Origin: Octopus vulgaris
Lineage: Eukaryota
Reading direction: 5' to 3'
DNA: 64,000 nt
NCBI GenBank assembly: GCA_951406725.2
Contig: OX597815.1
Coordinates: forward strand, 35,402,001 to 35,466,000
The notes under the pieces were generated by a model. It searched no databases. It was not told the origin of the DNA and saw nothing but the letters and a program-made list of their open reading frames with translations. This document shows positions 52,301 to 64,000 of the stretch, in pieces (position 1 is the first letter of the stretch; every line of letters begins with the position of its first letter). Both the position numbers and the translations under genes were made by a program.

Positions 52301-53032
52301 GATAGGTAAGTGACAGGGTTATAGAAAGTGTCCATGCAACCATCTACAAATTGATCAGCGGCTTATTGTAAGTCTCCAAGCAACAAATTATATGGAATTG
52401 GCGGATTATAGAAAATGTCCAAACAACAGTTATAAGTAAGTTGCGATTTTATAGGAAGATCGCCGCTTTTATAGGAATTGTCCAAGTAACAAAATATATG
52501 TAGGCCACCGATGAGTAAGAAGAGTCGAGGCGACCAATTATTTATCGGTCATCTGATAAGAGTCACTGATGTATAGGAAAATATGAAGCATAAAAAGATA
52601 TCTGACAACCAATAACATGTAGGTCACTTGTCTTAAGTAAAACTCTAAATATCAGTTATAGGTAGATCACTGTTTTATAGGAAGAGATAGGGCATATAAG
52701 CAAGTCATCGGCTTTGGGGGAATACTGCAAGCCATTATTTATTTATAGGTCTATTGTTCATATGAAGGAAACCAGTTGTTATATTTATAAGTAGGTCTCT
52801 TGTTTGTTGGAAGAAAACTAATCGTTATTTGTAGGTAGGTCTCAGGAACTCAAGCGACTAATCATATGTAGGTCATTGGCTTGTAGGGAAAGTCGTCCAA
52901 GGTCACCGATATATGAGAAAAAAATGAAGCGGCTAATAACAAATAGACCATCTGCTAACTTCCGGCTTTACATTCTCAGTTCAAACGTCAACCTCACCCA
53001 AAATCTCAGGCCTTGTGTCATTAGTAGAAAGG

Positions 53033-53092
<60 letters not shown>

Positions 53093-54290
53093 GCTGATGA
53101 TGATGATGGTGATGGTGATGATGATGATGATGATGATGACGATAGCGATGGATTGACATAATCGTTAGAGTGCTGGAAAAAAATGCCTTATGTTATAAAT
53201 GCCGTCTCTTTACATTCTAGGTTCAAATTCCGTCGAGATCAACTTTACTGTTAATCTCTCCAGGGTCGATAAAATAATATACGCATAAAGTTCTGGAATT
53301 TTAGGAAGATAGTATGCTTCTAAAATGTCAGGTTTATGCCTAATTAAAAACAAATATTTTTGTTGTTGTTGTTGTTGTTAATGATGATGGTGAGGCGGAG
53401 GAGAAGGAGGAGGAGGAAAAGGATGATGATGTTGCATAAATTCTGTCACTTGACTTCGTAGGAATTCTTGACATTCCTTTAGAAATATTTTATCATTCTA
53501 ATTTAGTTTCTCCCCCACGCCACCCGATGTTTCTCGTGTTGTTCATTTCTTACTTTTTCCTTTACTTCCTCTTATATATCTCTCTCTCTTGTCTCTTCTT
53601 CACTCTCTCCTAACCATCCTTCCATCTCTCTATCTCTCTCCTAACCCTCCTTCCATCTCTCTATCTCTCTCTCCCAGGCGCTTTCCTTTTCCATATTCTG
53701 CATTTCTTCCTTTCATTGCATCCTTCTGTCACCCTTTCTCACCTTCACACACGCCTCCTCTAATCTCGTATGTCGGAAAAATCGATTTCTCATAACTGAT
53801 GCAATGAATATTAAGAGAAGACAGTGAGATTGCGGTGGTGACAGGATGGGGAGGATGTAAAGCAGAAACGGAGGACAGGGTACGGCTGTTGAGTCGAGTA
53901 AAGATGATGAACTGAAGAGAAGATAGTGATACTGAAGGCGGAGTTGGTGAAGTAATAGCCAAATAGGTTTAAAATGACAGAAAAAGAATGATAGCCAGAA
54001 TAATGGATATATAAATGTGTGTTTGGATATATGTGCACATATATGCATAGAGTATTTGTTTGCTTAGGTCTTGTGCAAAAATATAAGGTATTCAGTTCTT
54101 ACTTGCATTAGAATTGGATAGTGCATTCGAAGTGCGTCTGTTATAGATGACCATTCGTGAACCGGATTATTTTCTTATACCCAAAGGTCTCGTGGGGTTA
54201 ATATTAGTCAATCTTATTCATCAGAGGGTCTAAATATGTATGTATACGTGTATATATGTGTGTGTATACATACACACACACATATACTAT

Positions 54291-54337
<47 letters not shown>

Positions 54338-54574
54338 TATGTGCGTGTGTATGTGTGTATATATACATATATATATATACATACATATATATAATATAAA
54401 TAATGTAAATAATATAAATATATATAGAGAGAGGTGGGGAGGGAGAGAGCGATACAAACATACATACATACATATACGTACATATACGTACACATACATA
54501 CATGCATACATATATACATAACATAACATACCATACCATAACATAACATAACTGACCTCACATTGTTCTGTAGG

Positions 54575-54985
54575 ACAGGAAACAAAAGTGATGCACTGCT
54601 GGGGAGGTCAGTTGCCCTGCAAATGTGAATATACCATTAATAGTTCAGGAATAAAGAGAACATTTATGGTGAATCAATGTGGAACTTACAGCTCTTGGTT
54701 ATAAGTTCTCATTGGCTATAAGTTCCCATTTGTACCTATCATCATAGGCTATGTAACTACGAATTTATACAAAAACCTAGAATTACTAGGTTTCTTGAAG
54801 AAACTGACGTGGTTTCTCCAAATCCAAACTATTAACGGCACAGTGAAAATTTGTAAGACATTCCAAAGATTCTCTATCTGAGATGCTTTTGATGAATAGA
54901 TGCATACACTTCGGTGTGTGCACCGGCTTGAACTCTCATAAGACATTTGGACGATATCCTCTCTGGTTACTTTAAGTTTTACGAA
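54575..54985 (+). pseudogene. 3' fragment of an RLE (R4/Dong-like) LINE related to 26820-27595
   Basis: EVSCPANVNI, KENIYGE, FVPIIIG, INGTVKICKTFQRF. Confidence 0.75.
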
Positions 54986-54998
54986 TGCTAAATATATA

Positions 54999-55230
54999 TA
55001 TTTCTTTATTACCCACAAGGGGCTAAACACAGAAGGGACCAACAAGGACAGACAAACGGATTAAGTCGATTACATCGGCCCCAGTGCGTAACTGGTACTT
55101 AATTTATCGACCCCGAAAGGATGAAAGGCAAAGTCGACCTCGGCGGAATTTGAACTCAGAACGTAGCGGCAGACGAAATACCGCTAAGCATTTCGCCCGG
55201 CGTGCTAACGATTCTGCCAACTCACTATCC
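54999..55230 (-). mobile_element. Nin/Deu-domain SINE
   Basis: Same unit as 2074-2305. Confidence 0.9.
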
Positions 55231-55275
55231 TTGTTAAAGAACAATGTGTGTGTGTGTGTGTGTGTGTTTATATAT

Positions 55276-55663
55276 CACCTTGATCACCTTGACCGACAGT
55301 CCGTCGGGCGTCCATTTGACACCGCTGGTTACAGCACGCTGTCCACTCCGTGAAACATGAGCTACAACAAAGAGAAAAGAGTAAAGACTGGTAACGGCTC
55401 AAAGAGTCATCGAAAGGTCAATGCTTGGAATCTCGTTGAGAGAGCACATCAGTAGCGAGGTCATCAGAAAGAAGTCCGGCGTGAGGGATGTCATCGCAGA
55501 ATATGCACGCAGCAAGTTTAGATGGGCTGGACACGTCGCCCGGCTCACCGATAATCGGTGGACCCGCGCAGTTGTTGAGTGGTACCCGCGCGAGCGGAAA
55601 CGACCACTCGGAAGGCCTCCACGATGGTAGAGTTACGATTTCAGGAGGACGATTGGGATCACA
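55276..55663. mobile_element. RTE-1-like LINE 3' fragment with an internal inversion and 11-bp TSD
   Basis: Plus strand 55350-55663 encodes ERSMLGISLREH..FRWAGHVARLTDNRWT..WYPRERKRPLGRPP. Minus strand 55276-55349 reads EWTACC.. then a (CAAGGTGAT)2 tail. TGTTTATATAT at 55265-55275 and 55664-55674. Confidence 0.85.
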
Positions 55664-55691
55664 TGTTTATATATATATTTTTTTTCCCGCC

Positions 55692-55764
<73 letters not shown>

Positions 55765-56984
55765 TTCACCACTTCACACTATGCATTGAGTACTTTTCCT
55801 CTCACTCATTATAAACAATATAACTTCCCCGGACTCTTCACCAGTGGTTTGAAATTTTTAAATTATGTTTTCTTCACTTTCGTTTCTTGTGTTCATACCT
55901 TGCTTCTATGTAATAGCATCTCGCATCCAAGCTTTGCACACAATTCTATCACGCCCTCCATATACCCCTTGTCTTAGCCCTTACCTCACATTCGTGCCCG
56001 CTCCAGCCTACTTACATTCACGATTTCTCACCCAACGTAATGATTAGACACACGCACTGCACGCACACACACACAAACACACCCTCACACTAACACCTGA
56101 CATCTTCATTAACTATATATATGTTTGATTTGCATGAGTCTTGATATGAAATCATGCATTGAACTAAATACAGTTGCATTATGGGAAAGTTAAGCTACCT
56201 ATAAAACACACACATCGCTAGTTTTATCATCAATTAAATAAATTAGTTAACTCATTTAAATATGTGAATTATTTAATTAATTGATTAATTGGTTTGTTGA
56301 GTTTCATCACATCCTGTAACCTTGTTAAGAGTAATGTGCTCTTCTCATGCTCTCACACTATCACCACTTAAAGACCATATCTACACACACGCACAATGTG
56401 TGTGTGTAAGTATTATTTATTAGATAGATGCTACTGGTACGTGATGGTGAATGTCTCCATAAGTGTTGGGTAGGGATGGTCGTGCCGAACTTGCATTGAA
56501 CTTTTGGACTTTAGACTTCATTACACCTGAATATATATGTATGCTTATACATATACACTTGACTGTGTACATTCATTGTAGTAGTAGTTGCTGTTGTTAT
56601 TTTCTATTGCTTTTCTTTGAGGCTTGTTATTCATTTTCATTATCCATTTTTGTTATATGGGTTTTATTGCCATCGTAAATATTTAACGCAGTCTTTTTAT
56701 TTTTTCACACACACACACACAAATACCAATAACGCTTGCAAACACTCATGTAACTCATGGGCATGCATGCATGTAACTATTGTACTATACGTATACGCAC
56801 ATAAGCGTGATAGTATAGTAGGCTAATCCTTCACTTTGTATTCATGTGTTATATTGTTATACATTGCATACTAGAATTTATATGTCGATACTATTTTCAA
56901 CAATTTGTTTGGGTTGTGTTAGTAATGGGGTTAATTTCTATTTCAAATGCGGTGTTAATTATTTATTTCGAACGTGGTGTTATG

Positions 56985-57038
<54 letters not shown>

Positions 57039-57049
57039 CTATTAAATTC

Positions 57050-58650
57050 ATACTTGCAGTTTAGGGAATCCGTGGGCTCAGATTTTGAATTTAGTGAATA
57101 TATTGCTTCTGTGACTTTTGTGTGTTCAATGTTGAGTCTTATTAGATGTGCAGAAAATATGTTTATCTCGATGTTATCTATCAAACTATCATGTTTTGCT
57201 TTGACATTGTACGTGAAGTATTGATATTAATTACTCTTTCTTTTTTCGCGACAACGTTCTACCTTTCTGTTACGCTACGATCCGTTTCTCCTATATAAAC
57301 TGTAATGCATTACATTATTCTTTTGTGCACCCCATGCGTTGTACAACTTCTCTAGTTTTATAGTTATTTGCAGATTTGTTTTGCAGATCTTGCGATTGTT
57401 ATGGGCACAGGAGGTTATTTTGAATCTGAATATCATGATTTTATACCGTCTATAGCTTTCTTACACCTGTAAGCTAAATCGCCTCTAGAGATAATGTCAA
57501 CAAACATTACTTCAAGGAACTTGTTTTCGTACCACGAATCTACACGGCTGCTTATTTCTCCCTTCTAATCTGTGCCGGATTTACTTCATTCAAATCCTTT
57601 TTATGGAAGTTTGAAAACTTTTCTTGAGTTCCATGTATGAAATTTCATCTGTTTTTTTTTTTTTTGTAGTTCATAGGAATGACACATGCTAGAAATATTT
57701 TTCATCTTCTGTCCGGATGTTTATTTTATGTTTTCTGCTGGAGCGGGTCTCCGGCGAAAAAGGTATTTCGTGGATAAGGTTTTCATGTAATGCAAACGGA
57801 GGATTTGTATTTTATTCTATAATGTTTTCAGGCAGAGTTCAGTTACTAGAGCGGACACCCTTCTACTGAACTGCTAGTATTCTGATTGATATATAAACTG
57901 TGTGTTAGATACTCTGTTCCCTACGGTACTCTTATTTTCTAATTCTTGGGTACAGTTTTGCATGGCTGCTGTTAACATCAGATTTCTGTCGCCCACGTAT
58001 TTGGAAGGCAAAATCGTAGTTGCTGCTTTCTCTATTGGAAGCTGTTGAAGTCTTTTGTCCTACCAGATTGACCATATTATTAAGAACACTGACACTGATG
58101 GCCACTCGCTTTTATTGATCTTATTCCTTATTATTTAAATAGTTGTCATTGCAGTTGTGTTTCTATATAAAGCTGGCAACAATAACATGTAAGTTCATAC
58201 TTTTCAACTGAGCATGATTCTGTGGTGTTTGGATTGGTTTGATTTGATTTTTTCAATGATCAGTGTGATCTTCTTTTATATTACTGGAGTAATAGTGGGT
58301 GATCTGCTTCGTTTAGGTCAAGTGGGGAAAAATCACTTTATATCATATCTTTCTAAATAGCCATTATCATATGTTAGCTTTAGGAATGATCCCAATTCTT
58401 TAGTGTGAACATAGCGAAACATCACATAACTCATTCAAAACTATCTCTACAGAACAATCAATTTCATCAGATGGAAATAACGATAAAATATCCATGCTAA
58501 TCATTATGAAATCTGTAAGGTTGTAGGTGTGGTTGTAGTCATTGATCTTGTTGAAGTCTTCTGTATGATAGGTGTCCAGAGTCACTCCGATTATTGGGTG
58601 TATGATCGATCATTGAGGCAAAGTACAATGGCCTATAGTTTCTGAAAATG
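57050..58650 (-). pseudogene. Decayed Penelope-like element (RT plus GIY-YIG)
   Basis: MISMDILSLFPS (SxDVxSLF-like), VYIGETDRSVTER at 57262-57300, TEAIY..P..LN. Confidence 0.65.
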
Positions 58651-58699
58651 CTGGCACCGCGAACTGGTCGAGTTAGATGTCCCACAACGGAAGCCACAG

Positions 58700-59060
58700 A
58701 CATATACCCCCTGTCCTTTTAGCGTACCGACATGACACATAAGTCCATAGCTCCTCCTCTACCTCTGGTCTCCGACTTGGATCTTTCCATTCGCCCCACC
58801 CCGCTGTCACACTTGCCCGTTCCTCATTAACATCACTCACCGTTTTTAACAAACACTACCTGCCGTATTGCACCTCCAAGAATCTCAAATACAACTTAGA
58901 GCATTATTATAACGATCGTCTTACATTGGACAAACTGGCGGGATATTAGTTGACAGATTCACTGGGCAGTTTAAAGGACATCCGCGACAGCAACTGATCA
59001 TCTATCGCGTCATCTATCATTTCCACCCAATAGACCACACCAGCTGGAACCTCTCTCTCT
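58700..59060 (+). pseudogene. Penelope-like GIY-YIG endonuclease fragment (second element, opposite strand)
   Basis: PRCHTCPF, CTSKNLKY, YIGQTGGILVDRF (from 58922), DIRDSN. Confidence 0.7.
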
Positions 59061-60194
59061 CTCTCTCTCTTTTTTGTCTTGCTGAACATGCTGGTTCTCC
59101 GATACCCTCCCCTCTATGAAGAGGACAGAAATGTATATTCTCTTTTGGAGCTTTGCAGTCACATTGTTTAGATTTTTTTATAATTTTCTTTGGCAGTGTT
59201 TTAGTATATAAAATTCATTACATTAAGAGAACACACGCATCCATACGGAGTCATCACAACTCAACAATTAGGTACGTACACAAAAACACAAACAAATAAA
59301 CAAATATCTACTATTGAACATAAGCAAGAATCACATACACACATTTGATGATTTCTCATCATAAGCACCATACATAAACATCACCACAATTAAATGCATA
59401 CACACACGTGCATATTCACTCACGAGTCAAATACAAACATGCAAATATATACACACACGTCCTCCACATTCACAAAAACACAAACACTCACGTCTATCCA
59501 CAAGTACATAAAATAAACGCACAAATTTCCGAAAACACACTCGTACAGGCATACATGCACAACAGCAATGAATATTCATATAAACATACGTCAAGTAGTG
59601 ACACAAGTATACATACACGTTCGTCAAATACAAATACACAATAACATACATACTAATCATACACAGCAAACATATGCTTGCTGCTTTCTATGAAGCATTA
59701 AACATAAGCTCTAACACAAACACAAGCAAGCGTCTACATATATTCAGTTACCACAAATACGCACACCTGGTTTCGTATACACAAAATAAGCGAACACATA
59801 CATATTCTGAAAAGAACAAACACATACGAACACGTGCAACAGCTGGAGCATACACAAACTCAACCCATCACCATTTTCTCCCACTTCTCATTTCTACCTA
59901 ACTTAAAAAATATGACCTTTTTGTAAAAGTACAGAGATAAAAGAGAATACAAAGACGAATGAGAAACAAGACGTCTCGTTTTATTTTTATTTTTCTTCAT
60001 ATTATTCTCTTTTTCTATCTGTCCTCTTCGTTTCTTTCTGATGAAGAACAAATGAGTTCGAAACATCAATCCCCTTATTCAATCACTCATTTACCGCCAA
60101 TCTAATTCAACTTTTTATCATGTCATTATTATCAGTATATACATGAATAATTGTGTGTGTGTATGTGTAATACATGCATATGTAATATCAATGT

Positions 60195-60580
<386 letters not shown>

Positions 60581-60581
<1 letters not shown>

Positions 60582-61510
60582 TCCCAAAACAGAAAAATAG
60601 CTTTTAGCCAACACATAGATACTTGCCAACAAAAAACACCAAACTAGAATTTTCCCCTCTACCAATTTAGGGACGATACAACCTCGAGACAAAGAATAAG
60701 TAAAGAAAATCTCTTTATTACAAAATACAAGCCACTTCTTAACGGGTCTACGACAAACAATTAATATATCAACTTTAGAATAAAAGAAAAAAATATATAT
60801 ACACACACAAATACTACACTCCATATCCATTACTAATCAGCCCCTTCATAGCTATATTTACACCCATTCATATTCTCCCTTCTCTGTTTTCTTCTTCTTC
60901 TTCTTCCTCTTCTTCTTCATCATCATCGTTATCATCATCATCGGCGTCATCATCATCGCCACCATCATCACCACCATCTTCTCCTTCTCCTCCTTCTTCT
61001 TCTTCTTCTTCATCATCATCGTTATCATCATCACCACCATCACCATCATCTTCCTTCTCCTTCTCCTTCTTCTTCTTCTTCTTCTTCTTCTCCACCCCTA
61101 CCCCTTAAGTTTGTCACTAATGTTTTTTAGTATAACACCTACGCTAATTCTATAAACAAGCCTGTCAATATAAATATTCTCCTGAATTGAACTGAGACTG
61201 CCAGCCGCCACTGACCATTCAAAATACGACCATCAGGGCACTCCCAGATTCTCCCACCCCTTTCCTCACCAGCCTTCCCTCTATACCCTACCAAGAACTC
61301 ACAACTACCTCGAACAAGGGAGTCAGAGAAAGGCAGAATGCCACTTAAATCTGAACACTACTATAGAAATATTCTTTTATTTCTTCTAATTTTTCTAAAT
61401 TTAATTATTTAATCGTTACAGTTGAAAAGGTCTCAAAATGACCGAAACCGGTACTGAAATGTTCACTATAAAATTATTTTAGCATTTTCTATTTTTTACT
61501 TGTTTTTTCA
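60581..61510 (+). mobile_element. Penelope-like element 3' end (GIY-YIG C-terminus plus pLTR)
   Basis: [32 protein letters not shown]; hammerhead at 61416-61459; inserted in (TA)n. Confidence 0.65.
61416..61459 (+). ncRNA. Type I hammerhead ribozyme with U3-A8 core
   Basis: UUACAG-UUGAAAA-GGUC-UCAAAAU-GACC-GAA-ACCGGU-A-CUGAAA. Confidence 0.65.
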
Positions 61511-61515
61511 CATAT

Positions 61516-61553
<38 letters not shown>

Positions 61554-61595
61554 CAAATACATATATATATATATATACATATATATATACATACA

Positions 61596-61629
<34 letters not shown>

Positions 61630-61654
61630 CATATATATATATAAATATATATAC

Positions 61655-61746
<92 letters not shown>

Positions 61747-62297
61747 CAAACCTGTGTTGTGCATATTACACAAACATAAACACACATATATATGCATATA
61801 TAGTGTGCGCACACACACACACATATATATATGTGTGTGTGTATGTGTCTGTGTATGTATGTATGTATGTATGCATGCATGTATACATGTATGTATATTA
61901 TGTACGTATGTATGTATGTATGTATGTATGTATGTATGTATGTATGTATGTATGTATGTATGTATGTATGTATGTATGTATGGTGCATCAGATTTTATTT
62001 CGTAATAGATTGCATACAATATTAATTTATAATGTAAAGCAGTCATAAATTTACAGATGCACATAAGCGTTGATGTGACTGTGCTCCGATGATCTGATGA
62101 GTGAACTTTCTGTTGTTTGCATTCATTAATGAATATATATTTATATTCTATAATGCTGATGCAAACATGAACATATAATTGTTTGCATATCGAAATTAAT
62201 GCTATACGAAGAATGTTACGAAACGGCTGTAACCATTTGAAAACTATATGTATAACATATGTATAAATAAATCTACCTTCACTTTTCGCACCTGATT

Positions 62298-62389
<92 letters not shown>

Positions 62390-62393
62390 TACA

Positions 62394-63549
62394 CTAGCAG
62401 CATAGCCCGGCGTTGCCCGGGTATGTAAGAGCCCCTAGTAGGCAACGACTAATCCCAATCTAGTCATTTCCCTCTAGGGAACGAAGGAGCATGTGTAGGT
62501 TGCAATGTCTTCTCTTCACTCCCAAATAACTATCAAATAGCTATCGATAATTCAACCCAACCAATTCCTACCAGGAAGAAATTACATTCAAGACTTTACC
62601 CCCAACCACTTCTGCTAATAGCTGATGCAGCCGCAAGTTATTCGAATACTTTTTTTGTTTAAACTTTCTTTATAACTACCACCCCAAACGTTTTACCTTA
62701 AATTTTTGACGTACCCTAAGGGTCCTCGGACGCTACTTGCAAACTCTTGGTTTATTTATTATAAACCGCTTTTGTCGTGTGCACCAAAAAACCTTTTCCA
62801 TTCGTTTGTTCAGTTTGGTCACTTTTTCGTTGTTGTCACTCACGTTGCTGCCCGCTTTTTTGCCGTTTTTGTACATTTTTATACATTTTGGGATACTTAC
62901 CCCACGTGTTCCGAGAGTTAAAAAGGTCGAGTTGCATCCCCTAGACAGTCTGTGGTTTGTGTTTAATACACAAATCGGTTCGCTATGTGTGCCACATATG
63001 ATTTAATTAACCGATTTTTTCCAGTAATAGAGTATCCTATTGGAATAAAAAGGACCATATAGCTCCTTGGAGTAGACATGATGCTCGCTGTGAATTTTTT
63101 AAAAAATTCCTGTCAATTTGTGAAAGATATTGTCGAAAATATGTCATCTTGAATTTGAACGCGATTTCCCAAAATGGCATGATTTTATCGATTTTTTTTC
63201 TGATGGTAAGGTATTGCATGGAAAACTAACGTCAGATTTAAGTTTCTTAGGGTAACATTAAGCTTCACCATGAGTTTGGTGAAAATCGATTGCAAGTTGC
63301 GAAAGCTACAACAGAAAATGCGTTGCATATAAAAAGCTCAGATTCTCGATCCCATGTCGAATTTATCGATTTTTTTCAGAACTGGGAGAACTTTTCAAAA
63401 GTTTCGCTGCGTTAGTTTTGAATTATGACATTGGGCTATGTGTGTGTCAAGTTTCATCAGAATCGGTTGAAGGCCGTGGTCAGGGTGAGGGTACAACCTG
63501 ACAGACACACAGACACACAGACAGACAAACTGCCGTTTATATAGAGAGA
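62394..63549 (-). mobile_element. Non-autonomous Helitron
   Basis: Minus-strand 3' hairpin CCCGG-GCAACG-CCGGG about 8 nt before CTAG|T; 5' TCTCTCTATATAAACGGCAGTTTGTCTGTCTG. Confidence 0.8.
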
Positions 63550-64000
63550 GGTGAATACACACACACAGGGAAAAGGAGAATATATGTGAAATACAGGGCA
63601 TATATTCTCCCTTATGTATTCACGTATACAGAGAGAGAGAGAGAGAGAGAGAGGAAGGCTATATATAACGTATGACATTGATTCAAAGCTGAGTTTGTAT
63701 GAGTCGCAAATGAGAGATTTTCGTTTTCGTTCATGTCCTTACAAACTTCACACAGTCACTCGCAACTTTCAATATATATTATTCCACTCCCTTGGATTAT
63801 ATTCAATACTTTATTCAGTTCATTATAATTCACATCGTCACAAACCGGCAATTAAAATTATTAGTCTTTACCAGTCTGTAAAATAGATTGCTCTATATAT
63901 TATAGGAAACGTAGATCATTAATTATTATGAAACCGTTCCAAAACTACTGTTAAATAATCACCACCGTGTTAACATCCAGTTTTTCATGATTGCGTGGAT

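Noticed and set aside
51011-52335. Run of minus-strand ORFs suggesting a viral or novel operon-like cluster
   Set aside because: Those at 51728-52335 are antisense to a decayed LINE RT on the plus strand; the rest show no motifs.

Overview
Eukaryotic, very AT-rich, microsatellite-dense DNA. The repeat content (tRNA-headed SINEs with Nin/Deu-, CORE- and V-like domains; decayed R4/Dong, RTE, L1/Tx1, CR1/Jockey-group and Penelope retroelements; Helitrons) is typical of an octopus (coleoid cephalopod) genome; this is inferred from recalled repeat families, not from a search. Almost all ORF-track entries are microsatellite or transposon artefacts. Reading splice signals by eye gives a probable minus-strand multi-exon gene fragment at about 4.1-10 kb (five phase-1 exons, secreted-glycoprotein-like, not in the ORF track) and a TATA box plus first-exon candidate at about 35.6-35.8 kb. 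The most notable signals are retrotransposition footprints. (1) A genomic cDNA of mature tRNA-Phe (positions 38-76 including CCA) is fused to the 5' end of a TAA-targeting retroelement, with A58 read as T and a stop exactly at position 37, consistent with RT reading m1A58 and stalling at modified G37. (2) Two SINE insertions are flanked by giant direct repeats (162 bp and about 295 bp), one further expanded by traceable unequal crossover. (3) An RTE copy has a twin-priming-type 5' inversion and an 11-bp TSD. (4) Several Penelope-associated minimal hammerhead ribozyme motifs occur, one with a compensatory U3-A8 core. (5) Several long fold-back palindromes are present. All family assignments are by-eye motif recognition, and boundaries of decayed elements are approximate.
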